A stretch of 64,000 nucleotides of DNA, from positions 27,234 through 91,233 of the forward strand of contig JASMLH010000004.1 in the NCBI GenBank assembly GCA_030748775.1, written 5' to 3'. The stretch is from Candidatus Thalassarchaeaceae archaeon (GTDB lineage: Archaea; Thermoplasmatota; Poseidoniia; Poseidoniales; Thalassarchaeaceae). Each line of letters begins with the position of its first letter. The first letter of the stretch is position 1. Below the pieces are notes generated by a model. It saw only the letters and a list, made by a program, of their open reading frames with translations, was not told where the DNA came from and ran no database searches. A program made the position numbers and the translations under genes. This document shows, in pieces, positions 18,420-27,276 of this stretch.

Positions 18420-19385
18420 TCAGAGTCCGCTTTCCTTCAGTTTCTCCAATGAGTCTCTCTGGGATTTGGTCAGTTTTTCGGGTTCTGAGAGAATGAACTC
18501 AATGTCTAGTGGCCCTCCAGAGTGTCCATGGCCCTTCAATCTCCTTCGATCTCCAATCCTAGTTCCCTCGGGAACCTCTACCTCGACCCTCTTTCCTGTG
18601 GGAGTGGTAATCCTGATCTTTCCCCCAAGAATCAAGGTCGTGTATGGAAGTCTGACCTCTTGCACCAATCTTCCATCTTCCCAACGACGTCCCTCCTCTG
18701 CATCTAGCCTCACAGTAATTAGCAAGTCGCCAGAGTCGCCCTCTGGATGTTCATGGCCCATTCCTTTTAGCCGTAACAAATGGCCATGTTCTGCACCTGC
18801 GGGAACTTTCACAGTCAGTGTGCTGCCTTTCGTCTGAACACCTGTGCCTTTGCAGGATGAGCAAGTCCTAGACGTACCAAAACTTGATCCTCTACAGCTG
18901 GGGCATAGCCTCATCCTTCTATGACTGAATTTTGCCTCTGTTCCGGATATTGCCTGCTCAAGAGAAATGTCCAATCCGGCTTCTATGTCTGAACCTCTGG
19001 ATTTCTGTTTATCCTGTGGACGATTTCCGGATCTTTGCTCGTACCGAATGTCGGAACCGGGATACTGGCTACCTCTACCACCCATGAACTGTGAAAAGAT
19101 ATCACCAAGATCTACTCCGCCAAATCCTCTTCCGAATGTTGTTCGTGTTCCGCCTCCTTGGAACATTTCTTCCATCCTCCTTCGCTGATCGTGCTCGCTT
19201 CGTGCCTCGGCCGAACCAATAGATTCGTAAGCAGACTGGATTGACTTGAATCGTTCTTCTGCCGCAGCATCTCCAGGATTCCTATCTGGATGATACTGTC
19301 TTGCTAACTTCCGATAAGAGCGTTTTATTTCTGCATCTGAAGCATCTCTCGAAACGCCAAGAACTCGATATGGGTCCTCCGCCAT
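18420..19385 (-). CDS. dnaJ: DnaJ-family co-chaperone (J domain, Gly-rich linker, short Zn finger, C-terminal substrate domain)
   Basis: DPYRVLGVSRDASDAEIKRSYRKLARQYHPDRN, and CPSCRGS...CSSCKGTG. No dnaK or grpE is adjacent. Confidence 0.85.
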   Translation of the reverse strand: MAEDPYRVLGVSRDASDAEIKRSYRKLARQYHPDRNPGDAAAEERFKSIQSAYESIGSAEARSEHDQRRRMEEMFQGGGTRTTFGRGFGGVDLGDIFSQFMGGRGSQYPGSDIRYEQRSGNRPQDKQKSRGSDIEAGLDISLEQAISGTEAKFSHRRMRLCPSCRGSSFGTSRTCSSCKGTGVQTKGSTLTVKVPAGAEHGHLLRLKGMGHEHPEGDSGDLLITVRLDAEEGRRWEDGRLVQEVRLPYTTLILGGKIRITTPTGKRVEVEVPEGTRIGDRRRLKGHGHSGGPLDIEFILSEPEKLTKSQRDSLEKLKESGL

Positions 19386-19423
19386 CAGTCAGTTCTGGAT
19401 GAGGCGTCCCTTCAACCTGATGA

Positions 19424-20074
19424 ATGAGAACCTGCGACCGGTGTGCTAATGACTGGTTTCGATTTGGTTGTCACATGGGAGTTGGCTGGGCTGTGTTCAG
19501 GAACTACAGAGGCCATGCGAAGGAGATACTGGGAGATGTCACCGATTACCCTAGATTCTTCCTAATGCCCCCTAGTGCGATGGTGGAAGCAGATGAGGAG
19601 GGCGGGAACATAGTCACTCTTCTAGATCCCAGTGACCATATAGATCACGAGGTGGAGATGGTTTTCAGAATTGGAGAAGGGCTGACTCCAGTTCAGATGT
19701 GCGTGGGGATAGACACAACTAACAGAACTCGGCAGACCTTGGCCAAGAAGAAAGGATGGCCATGGCTAGAGGGAAAAGGATTCAGGGGTTCTGGCGTTCT
19801 TGGAACATGGACAGATTGGGATGAGAGGCCAGTGGAGATCGGGCTATCTGTTAATGGAGAAACAAAGCAACTGGAGTCTACAGAACTAATGGTTCACACT
19901 GTTGAGTCGTTGATGAACCATCTACTACAGTGGTACGATCTGGAACCAGGAGATCTGATCTGGACTGGAACCCCAAAGGGAGTGGGGCAAATGAAGCCAG
20001 GAGATAGAATAGAGGCGTGGATGAAGAACATGGACAATGAAACAACCAGTGTTCTAAGTGCTGTTTGCAAGTAG
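19424..20074 (+). CDS. fumarylacetoacetate hydrolase (FAH) family protein
   Basis: HEVEMVFRIG...GDLIWTGTPKGVGQMKPGD is the FAH C-terminal domain pattern. The start may be the Met at 19475. Confidence 0.8.
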   Translation: MRTCDRCANDWFRFGCHMGVGWAVFRNYRGHAKEILGDVTDYPRFFLMPPSAMVEADEEGGNIVTLLDPSDHIDHEVEMVFRIGEGLTPVQMCVGIDTTNRTRQTLAKKKGWPWLEGKGFRGSGVLGTWTDWDERPVEIGLSVNGETKQLESTELMVHTVESLMNHLLQWYDLEPGDLIWTGTPKGVGQMKPGDRIEAWMKNMDNETTSVLSAVCK

Positions 20075-20091
20075 GCAGGAAGGAGTGATTC

Positions 20092-21354
20092 ATGGCCCCT
20101 GGTACTAGGAGAATCACCTCGACATGGCTGGTCGAAGATAGAGGTTCAATCAGAAGAGGCGACTTTCTACTTCACGAGGATGGTTCCTTCAGCAACAGCA
20201 AGGGTGACGAGGATGTTTTGGAAGTTATCGACGGCTCTTCGCGATTAGTTACTAGGTCCTTTCAGAATTGGCATACTCACTTGGCCATGGTCCTAAACAA
20301 GTCGATGGGAGAAGGGCTTCCTCTAATGGAGTGGTTGGAATCGTCCATTTTCCCTGTAGAGAAAGGCCTGACTTCAGAGTTCGTTGAGGCAGGGACAAGA
20401 GCAGCAGTGGCAGAGATGATTTCCACAGGAACCACCTTCGCATGCGATATGTACTACCATCCAGATGTTGTCGCAGACGTACTGGTAGAATCAGGGTTAA
20501 GGGGGATTTCGTGCGGACCAATCACAGACTTCCCCACCCCTTCCTATCCATCCGGAGGAGATGAGGCCCTAGAAAGAATGGATAGTTTGCTCAGGGGACC
20601 TTCGCCTTCCAAGCTAGTCGAATACGGCATTGGTACGCACTCGGTATTCACTTGCAGTGAAGAAACACTGCTGAAGGCATCAGAGATGGCATCTGTTCAC
20701 AACTGCATCCTGCACATTCACACGAGCGAGACTCGCAAGGAGGTTGCTGACTGCTTCTCCGAACATGGAATGTATCCAGTAGAATATCTCGATTCAATTG
20801 GTTACTTCCAAGATGCGAGTGACGGAGGCACGGTGTGTGCACATTGCGGGTGGGTCACAAAAAAAGAAATGAGGATCCTGGCAGGTCACGGTGCCCATGC
20901 CGTTCACTGTCCTACGAGCAACCAGAAGCTTGCCTGCGGTGGGACCATGTCATATCCAGCAATGATAGAGGCTGGGGTGGATGTCAGACTCGGGACAGAC
21001 GGAGCGGCCAGCAACAACTCTCTAGACATGAGGAGCGAGTCAAAGGCAGCTAGCCTTGTTCAGAGGCACGATCACTGGGATGCTAGGATTCTGGGGCCCG
21101 AGGAGACATGGTCACTAGCAACAAAAGGATCGAAGGACTGGATTACATGGGATCTTGATGACATTAGGATGAGGCCTTGGGGACGAGAAGGTAGGCGATT
21201 GCTTCCCAACTTAATCTATACAGGAACGAAGGTGATGGACGTTTTCGTAGATGGGGAGGCTGTCCGCAGAAACGGAGAGACTCTAACTCTTGACGAAACT
21301 AAAGTTTCAGAAGAATTGGAAAGTTCCGTGGAAGAATACTACCGTGAGCTGTAG
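20092..21354 (+). CDS. amidohydrolase, 5'-methylthioadenosine/S-adenosylhomocysteine deaminase-like
   Basis: Metal ligands NWHTHLAM, HIHTSET and GTDGAASNN. 420 aa. Confidence 0.8.
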   Translation: MAPGTRRITSTWLVEDRGSIRRGDFLLHEDGSFSNSKGDEDVLEVIDGSSRLVTRSFQNWHTHLAMVLNKSMGEGLPLMEWLESSIFPVEKGLTSEFVEAGTRAAVAEMISTGTTFACDMYYHPDVVADVLVESGLRGISCGPITDFPTPSYPSGGDEALERMDSLLRGPSPSKLVEYGIGTHSVFTCSEETLLKASEMASVHNCILHIHTSETRKEVADCFSEHGMYPVEYLDSIGYFQDASDGGTVCAHCGWVTKKEMRILAGHGAHAVHCPTSNQKLACGGTMSYPAMIEAGVDVRLGTDGAASNNSLDMRSESKAASLVQRHDHWDARILGPEETWSLATKGSKDWITWDLDDIRMRPWGREGRRLLPNLIYTGTKVMDVFVDGEAVRRNGETLTLDETKVSEELESSVEEYYREL

Positions 21355-21355
21355 T

Positions 21356-22483
21356 TCAGGGATGGAAGAGGAAAGCTGCGCCCAATACTGCGTAAGATGC
21401 CAGAAGCATCGCCCCCTCGAGCCAATTCGACTTGCCGTCCGAAGCAATCGAGTTGACAATTAACACTGCTAAGAATGCAGAAACCGTCTCAAGCATTCCA
21501 AACTCGAATGTAAGTGGGACACCCAGAATCCACGCGAAAACCACCATCAATGGCGCAACAAAGACTGCAATCTGCGTAGAGGAGCCCATTGAGATTGCAA
21601 AGGACAGGTCCATCTTGTCCTTACCTGCCACTGTCACGGCCGTGAAATGCTCTGCTGCATTGCCGAATAGAGGCAGTAGAATCACCCCGATGAATAGATG
21701 CGGGAGACCCATTTCATCGGCTGCAGCTTCCACCGAATGGACCAGTATCTCTGCCATCCATGATACCATTAGAGTTGCGACTACTAGAAGGGTGATTGCG
21801 TCTCGTTGGCTCATCTCTGGCTCTTCATGATGTGTTCCATCTGTGGCAAAAAGATGCACGTGAGTACGAAGTTGGAAGTAGAGGAACATTGCATAAATCA
21901 ACAGTAGGATAACAGCCGCAATGTGGCTTAGATCCTCTACGCCTCTATCTCCAGCTTCCCCACCCACCGTAGAATGGAAGACAGTTGGGATGATCAAGAC
22001 AATCATAGAAAGAAGTAGTAGGGAACCGTTGGAGCTTACCTGAGTCTCAGAGTAACTCTGCTCTGCGTGGTGCATGCCCCCCCAGACGAATGCTAGCCCC
22101 ATTACCAAGAGAAGGTTTCCAAGTATGCTTCCGATTAAGCTGGCTTGAACTAAGTGAATCATTGTGGACGCTGTCTCGGTTCCTGTTCCTGCTTGGTAAG
22201 CAGTGAAAATGGCAAGGAGTGCGATTATCATTTCTGCTGCGTTTCCAAATGTTGCGTTTAAGAGCCCGCCCAGAGACTCTGATGTCCTGAGGGCAATCTC
22301 TTCCGTTGCCCTACCCATCAAGAAAGCAAGAGGCATTATCGCGACTAGAGAGGAGAAGAATGCCATTGAGGAGTCGTGCTCATAGTAGTTGTAGTATACA
22401 GTAATTGGAATTGCTAACAGAAGAAGATTCAGTTTGTTCTCCCTGGGGTCCATTGCTCTAATCCAACTCACGCCAACTGTCAT
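21356..22483 (-). CDS. Ca2+/H+ antiporter (CaCA/CAX family)
   Basis: Two alpha-repeat motifs, FGNAAEMIIAL and FGNAAEHFTAV, and about 11 TM helices. Confidence 0.88.
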   Translation of the reverse strand: MTVGVSWIRAMDPRENKLNLLLLAIPITVYYNYYEHDSSMAFFSSLVAIMPLAFLMGRATEEIALRTSESLGGLLNATFGNAAEMIIALLAIFTAYQAGTGTETASTMIHLVQASLIGSILGNLLLVMGLAFVWGGMHHAEQSYSETQVSSNGSLLLLSMIVLIIPTVFHSTVGGEAGDRGVEDLSHIAAVILLLIYAMFLYFQLRTHVHLFATDGTHHEEPEMSQRDAITLLVVATLMVSWMAEILVHSVEAAADEMGLPHLFIGVILLPLFGNAAEHFTAVTVAGKDKMDLSFAISMGSSTQIAVFVAPLMVVFAWILGVPLTFEFGMLETVSAFLAVLIVNSIASDGKSNWLEGAMLLASYAVLGAAFLFHP

Positions 22484-22539
22484 TGTGAATAGCGGCGGTG
22501 CGGATAAAAGTCAATGTTACGCTATATCACGTAGTGTTC

Positions 22540-23109
22540 ATGGCATCCAATGCACTCGCTGGATTCATGGAGCAGGGATTCAGATTGGGATTGACCGGAA
22601 CGCCTGGTACTGGGAAGACAACGGTGGCGGAGAAATTGGGCGGTTCAGGAATTGCTGTTGATTCGGTTGTTTCCCTGGCTGAGAAGCATGGGTGCTTGGG
22701 AGAACTGGATCCCAATGATGATGCTCGGCCGGTGGATATCGAGTCTCTCTTCTCCAAGCTTAGTGAGGAGTGGGGTTCGGGGCCGGGCCCACAGGTTGTG
22801 ATTGAGGGACATCTATCTCACCTTCTGCCGGTGGATGGATTTGTCCTGCTGAGGTGTTCCCCTGATGAGCTTAGAAAACGTCTTGTTGAGAGAGGTTACT
22901 CGGAAGAGAAGACTATTGCAAATGTTGAGTGGGAGCTACTTGGCGGTGCATGGAACGAGATTAATCCGAATTTACCAATTATTGAGTTCGACACCTCGAA
23001 AAAACCTCCAGACGCGGTTGTTGGAGGTATTGTGGACTGGATCTCAGATGGCTTCAAGCCTGAGAGCCCGAGCAGCGCAATTGACTGGATAGAAAGAGGA
23101 CTGGTTTGA
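22540..23109 (+). CDS. archaeal AK6/Fap7-type adenylate kinase
   Basis: P-loop LTGTPGTGKTTVAEKL. The size is about 180 aa from the Met at 22540 or 22567. The ORF's first start at 22498 leaves only 14 nt to the divergent gene. Confidence 0.75.
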   Translation: MASNALAGFMEQGFRLGLTGTPGTGKTTVAEKLGGSGIAVDSVVSLAEKHGCLGELDPNDDARPVDIESLFSKLSEEWGSGPGPQVVIEGHLSHLLPVDGFVLLRCSPDELRKRLVERGYSEEKTIANVEWELLGGAWNEINPNLPIIEFDTSKKPPDAVVGGIVDWISDGFKPESPSSAIDWIERGLV

Positions 23110-23787
23110 ATGTTCGAAAAAATGAGGGAAAGGTGGACGAAGGCAATCCATCCGCTAGTCCTGAGACTTGGGGGGTTGGATCCTAGCGTTTTGACATGGA
23201 GCAGCCTTGTCCTCGCACTGGTCTCGTTCTACTTGATAGTGGGAGCTGAGGAAGATGGAAATGGTTCCATGGCCATTGTTGGAGCAGTAGTAGTAATCCT
23301 AGTTGCTGCTATTCTTGACGGCTTGGATGGGGCTCTAGCCAGGCATCAAGGAGTAGATGGGGACTATGGGGACTTCCTTGACCACACCATCGATCGAATA
23401 GTGGACGTGGGTCTTCTGGTTGCCATTGGAATGAATGCCGCATTCATTGATGACCCTAGCAGCGGATATTTGGCTGCGCTTCTGACTCTTTTCGGTTCAT
23501 ACATGGGCACCCAAGCACAATCCGTTGGCCTTGACAGGATTTACGGAGGGTTTTCTCGTGCAGATAGAATGGTAATCACACTAGTCTCACTATTGGTGGC
23601 CGCTTGGCAGGCTCAGACGGGAGTCTCAGGAATTGATTTGACTGGAATGAGCGAATTGGTTGGATGGGCAATGCTAGGAAACAACGAATTGAATGGAATG
23701 TCCTTTGCACTGGCAATCTCGGCATGGGGAGGGATGTACACCTTCCTTGTCAGATTCATAAAAACAAGAAGAGGGCTGCTAAACTAA
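23110..23787 (+). CDS. CDP-alcohol phosphatidyltransferase (archaetidyl-inositol/serine-phosphate-synthase-like)
   Basis: Signature DGLDGALAR...G...DHTIDRIVD, with multiple TM helices. Confidence 0.85.
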   Translation: MFEKMRERWTKAIHPLVLRLGGLDPSVLTWSSLVLALVSFYLIVGAEEDGNGSMAIVGAVVVILVAAILDGLDGALARHQGVDGDYGDFLDHTIDRIVDVGLLVAIGMNAAFIDDPSSGYLAALLTLFGSYMGTQAQSVGLDRIYGGFSRADRMVITLVSLLVAAWQAQTGVSGIDLTGMSELVGWAMLGNNELNGMSFALAISAWGGMYTFLVRFIKTRRGLLN

Positions 23788-23841
23788 CCGCTTTCCGGAC
23801 CGTCTGCAAAAACCCGTCTTGCGAGGTCTGGTTCGGGGGCA

Positions 23842-24993
23842 ATGGTTATCCTCTATTCAACGCGCCTGGAAGTTGTGAAGCACCTTATTGAGAGGGTTCT
23901 CGAACTTCAAGGGGATGAAACTCAGGCTCCCGTTGCTACGGAAGTCGAAGACGCCCCGGACCTCGAGAACCTACTGAAATCGCTACAACCAAAAATCAGG
24001 GTCTTCGGTTGTGGTGGGTGTGGATCAAATACAGTAGCAAGGCTAGAGCATGAGGGTTTGTTCGACGGAGAGTATGTCAAGGGGATGGCGGTCAACACAG
24101 ATGCTCAGCACCTACTGAGAGTCAATGTAGAGAACAAAGTCCTGATTGGTCGCTCCGCCCGAGGCAGGGGGGCGGGGGGCGACCCAGAAAAAGGAGAACA
24201 GGCGGCATACGAATCAGAACGTGTGCTAAAATCAGAGGTGGAAGAGTGCGATTTAGCTTTCATCACCGCGGGCCTGGGCGGCGGGACAGGGACAGGGAGT
24301 GCCCATGTCGTCGCCAGGCTCGCAAAGGCCTCAGAAGCCCTGACAATCGCGGTCGTGAGCTATCCCTTTGTCTCCGAGGGAGCAGTTCGCAGACAGAATG
24401 CAGAATGGGGACTAGAAAGGCTCAGGGAGGTCTGCGACACGGTTATCGTTCTTCCCAATGAGAGGCTTCTGGAAGTCGATGGCGTCAGAGACCTTCCTCT
24501 TGATGCTGCCTTCAGAGTAGCAGATGAGCTCTTGATGAGGAGCATCTCGGGAGTCTCGGAAATGATTGCAAAGGAGGGAGTAGTGAACTTGGACTTCCAA
24601 GACCTCAGGTCGGTAATGGAAAACGGAGGAGGAGTAGCCATGATCGGACTTGGGGAGGCTACAGCCGAAGAGGGTGCAGAGAAGGCAACCATGGAGGCCC
24701 TTCAGTCTCCGCTTCTTGACATTGACATCTCCGATGCAAGAGGGGCGCTGGTGAATGTTGTCGGGGGCCCGGGGCTAACTCTAGGAGAGGCAGAGCAATG
24801 TGCAAAGACAATCAGGGAAAGCATCAATCCGTATGCTAGGATGATTTGGGGTGTTACAACTGACGAGACAATGGGCAACGATATCAGAGTTCTACTCGTT
24901 CTCACGGGAGTGAAGAGCGAACAGATACATGGTGCTGCCCTGCATACCCAGATGAAGAACCTGAGGAATCGCACTGTCGAATTTGTTAGTTAG
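23842..24993 (+). CDS. ftsZ: cell division GTPase FtsZ
   Basis: GCGGCGSN, NTDAQHL, and tubulin signature GLGGGTGTGS. Confidence 0.95.
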   Translation: MVILYSTRLEVVKHLIERVLELQGDETQAPVATEVEDAPDLENLLKSLQPKIRVFGCGGCGSNTVARLEHEGLFDGEYVKGMAVNTDAQHLLRVNVENKVLIGRSARGRGAGGDPEKGEQAAYESERVLKSEVEECDLAFITAGLGGGTGTGSAHVVARLAKASEALTIAVVSYPFVSEGAVRRQNAEWGLERLREVCDTVIVLPNERLLEVDGVRDLPLDAAFRVADELLMRSISGVSEMIAKEGVVNLDFQDLRSVMENGGGVAMIGLGEATAEEGAEKATMEALQSPLLDIDISDARGALVNVVGGPGLTLGEAEQCAKTIRESINPYARMIWGVTTDETMGNDIRVLLVLTGVKSEQIHGAALHTQMKNLRNRTVEFVS

Positions 24994-25079
24994 GCCTAGC
25001 CTGCCATTATTCCACATTCTATCTCCCCGTTGTCCTTAAATGGGGTCTGTAGGTCGCCGTGATGCTTCTTGGTGGTAGC

Positions 25080-25343
25080 ATGGCTGTTGAAAATTCCAAT
25101 GTTGGGCCTATCGAAGAGCTCGCACAGTCTTGGCAGGACGAAATTGAGGGCAGGGTCAAGGGCCTTCAGACCGGTTCTTACGCCAGAATTCTGAAGATGG
25201 CGAAAAAGCCGTCTAAGCAAGAGTTCAGGCAGACTGTAATTGTCTGCGGAATAGGCATGTTCGTTCTTGGCGCAATAGGATTCCTGATTCTCGCATTGAT
25301 GGTCAATGTCTTCCCATCCTTCTTTGGATGGTTGACTGGTTAG
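25080..25343 (+). CDS. secE: protein translocase subunit SecE / Sec61-gamma
   Basis: KKPSKQEFRQTVIVCGIGMFVLGAIGFLI forms a single C-terminal TM. The ATG at 25080 is preceded by GGTGG with a 4-nt spacer. It lies upstream of spt5. Confidence 0.85.
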   Translation: MAVENSNVGPIEELAQSWQDEIEGRVKGLQTGSYARILKMAKKPSKQEFRQTVIVCGIGMFVLGAIGFLILALMVNVFPSFFGWLTG

Positions 25344-26218
25344 GTGAGATTTTGTCAGAGGCTTTCACTGTATACCTCCGAAGCGGAGAGAAGGTCCTGC
25401 TAATGCAGCGTGCCGACGAAGTGGGCGACTTCCCAGGCGCATGGGACGGAATCTACGGGGTAGGGGATCACGGAGATGTGGATACAATAGTTTCGAGAAT
25501 AACGGAGTGTACTGGAATTCCAGCAGAGAATCTGGACATAGTTAGAACAGGAATGGCTAGGGGTCTTGCTTATGGAAATCGCTTGAATGATGTTACCCCA
25601 ATTTTGTTTGTGACGGAGGAAGTTGATGTTAGCCCAGGAACATTGTACAAGGGCTATGAGTGGGTCGATCCAGGGAAAATACAGGACAAAGAGTACTCAA
25701 CACCCCAACTAAAGGAGATGTACGGAGACGTTGCATCATACCTCTATATTCTGAAGACTTCCATAGGCCAAGAGCAGAATGTGGCAACTGAGATTCGTGC
25801 TAGACTTTCAGGGACAGGTTCATTGAAGGATATCCAAGACAAGATTTTCGGAGTTCTGAGTCCCCATTTCATGAAGGGATACATCTTCATTGAGGCTACT
25901 GCCATGCATCACGTCCAGAAGTTGATCGGCAGGGTCGGTGTAGGAGTGACGCCCCTAAAGAATTGCAGCAAGGTACTTGACGGGGAGAGTCCACTGGAAG
26001 ACGTCTTACCGTATCTAGAGCCCAAGGCAGCCACCTCGGGAATAGAGGAGGGGTGCATTGTAGAAATCTCGGGCGGTGCATTCCGTGGACAGACCGCCAG
26101 AGTCACACGAGTAGCTGAGTCGAAGGAAGAAGTGACTGTGGAGCTATTCGAGGCAGCTGTTCCTGTTGCACTCACAGTAAGAGCTGACCAAGTAAGGGTG
26201 ACCCAAAGGGTCGAGTAG
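25328..26218 (+). CDS. spt5: transcription elongation factor Spt5 (NusG) with an N-terminal degenerate Nudix-like extension
   Basis: The NGN domain YILKTSIGQEQNVATEIRARL and KOW region GCIVEISGGAFRGQTARV occupy only residues ~139-296. Residues ~10-125 look Nudix-fold-like. An alternative TTG start at 25352 follows AGGTGA with a 4-nt spacer. Confidence 0.85.
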   Translation: MVDWLGEILSEAFTVYLRSGEKVLLMQRADEVGDFPGAWDGIYGVGDHGDVDTIVSRITECTGIPAENLDIVRTGMARGLAYGNRLNDVTPILFVTEEVDVSPGTLYKGYEWVDPGKIQDKEYSTPQLKEMYGDVASYLYILKTSIGQEQNVATEIRARLSGTGSLKDIQDKIFGVLSPHFMKGYIFIEATAMHHVQKLIGRVGVGVTPLKNCSKVLDGESPLEDVLPYLEPKAATSGIEEGCIVEISGGAFRGQTARVTRVAESKEEVTVELFEAAVPVALTVRADQVRVTQRVE

Positions 26219-26300
26219 TCAAATGTCCAATATTTTGACCGTGCATCATCATCAAATAGGGAGAGCAGGTCGGCGAGTCCCGCGGTTAAGAGGTGAATCC

Positions 26301-26579
26301 ATGTCAGCACGCAACGAGACTCCTCACAAAATCTTGCAGACTCTGGGACAAAAAAAGTCCAACGGCTCTTGGGATGCCTCGACTGAGAACATGACAATGG
26401 ACCAGGTGAAGAGCGTGGCAGAGTCTCAGAAGGACCGCTTGACTGGAAAGTCACTTTATGCAAGAAGCAGGGAGATAATGGGAACTTGCGTCGCTATGCG
26501 CATTAGAGTAGAAGGGATGGAGCCAAAGGAAGCTCTGAAGGCAATGAGCGAGGGGGCATTTAACGAGCATTTCAGTTAG
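26301..26579 (+). CDS. rpl11: ribosomal protein uL11, C-terminal (rRNA-binding) domain only
   Basis: NMTMDQVKSVAESQKDRLTGKSLYARSREIMGTCVAMRIRVEG matches the uL11 C-terminal domain. The ATG at 26301 follows AAGAGGTGA with a 4-nt spacer. The ORF opens at 26223, but no PGPPLGP-type N-terminal domain appears in any frame. Confidence 0.7.
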   Translation: MSARNETPHKILQTLGQKKSNGSWDASTENMTMDQVKSVAESQKDRLTGKSLYARSREIMGTCVAMRIRVEGMEPKEALKAMSEGAFNEHFS

Positions 26580-26631
26580 AGTTCACGAATTGCGGGAGAG
26601 GTGAGCCTCGATTACCGCAGAGGTGGGAAAA

Positions 26632-27276
26632 ATGAGAGAAAATCTGCAGACAGCCATTCAAGAAGCCATCGACGGCGCACCCGAGAGGGGATTTGTAGAG
26701 TCGATTGAGATTTCCTTCACTATCAAAGACGTTGATCTGAAGATTCCCACCAACAGAATACAGGAAGAGGTTCGTCTACCATCCGGAAGGGGAAAACCTG
26801 TACGAATAGCAATGTTTGCTGGTGGGGAGATGGCTGCTAAGGCTAAGGCGGCCGGACTCGACATCATCGATCCCTCGACAATAGAGGACCTAGGTGGGAA
26901 TAGGCAGAGAGCCAGGAAGGTTGCGAAGCAATACGACTTTTTCCTCTCTGAGATCCCGCATATGGGAACCGTTGGTAGATTCCTCGGAGGCGTGCTCGGA
27001 CCCAGAGGCAAGATGCCTCGTCCAGTTCCACCCACCTTGGATCCATCTGCATTGGCTTCGGGCCTTAAGGACACAGCCATAGTTCGTTCTCGAGACAGGG
27101 TTACATTCCACACAGCCCTGGGATCTAGGGAACAAGGCATAGACGACCTCACCTCAAACGCCTACGCAATTTGGGAGAGAGTCACTGGAAAGCTGGAGAG
27201 GGGCGCTGGCAATATACGGTCTTGCTATGTCAAGACATCAATGGGCCCTTCCATCAAGGTTGAGGTGATTCTGTGA
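26632..27276 (+). CDS. rpl1: ribosomal protein uL1
   Basis: FVESIEISFTIKDVDLK...RLPSGRGK and GPRGKMP. The ATG at 26632 is preceded by GAGGTGG with a 5-nt spacer. Confidence 0.93.
   Translation: MRENLQTAIQEAIDGAPERGFVESIEISFTIKDVDLKIPTNRIQEEVRLPSGRGKPVRIAMFAGGEMAAKAKAAGLDIIDPSTIEDLGGNRQRARKVAKQYDFFLSEIPHMGTVGRFLGGVLGPRGKMPRPVPPTLDPSALASGLKDTAIVRSRDRVTFHTALGSREQGIDDLTSNAYAIWERVTGKLERGAGNIRSCYVKTSMGPSIKVEVIL

Noticed and set aside
25058-25066. GTGATGC as a C box of a C/D-box sRNA upstream of secE
   Set aside because: It is an imperfect C box, with no D box (CTGA) or terminal stem at a suitable distance. The region is better explained as the secE 5' region.
25909-26463. 184-aa minus-strand ORF spanning the spt5/L11 junction
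   Set aside because: It is antisense to two conserved operon genes and has no motifs.
26596-26631. GGGAGAGGTGAGCCTC stem-loop upstream of L1 as an L1 autoregulatory mRNA site
   Set aside because: It forms only a 4-bp stem. I cannot match it to the known L1-binding helix/asymmetric-loop signature from sequence alone.
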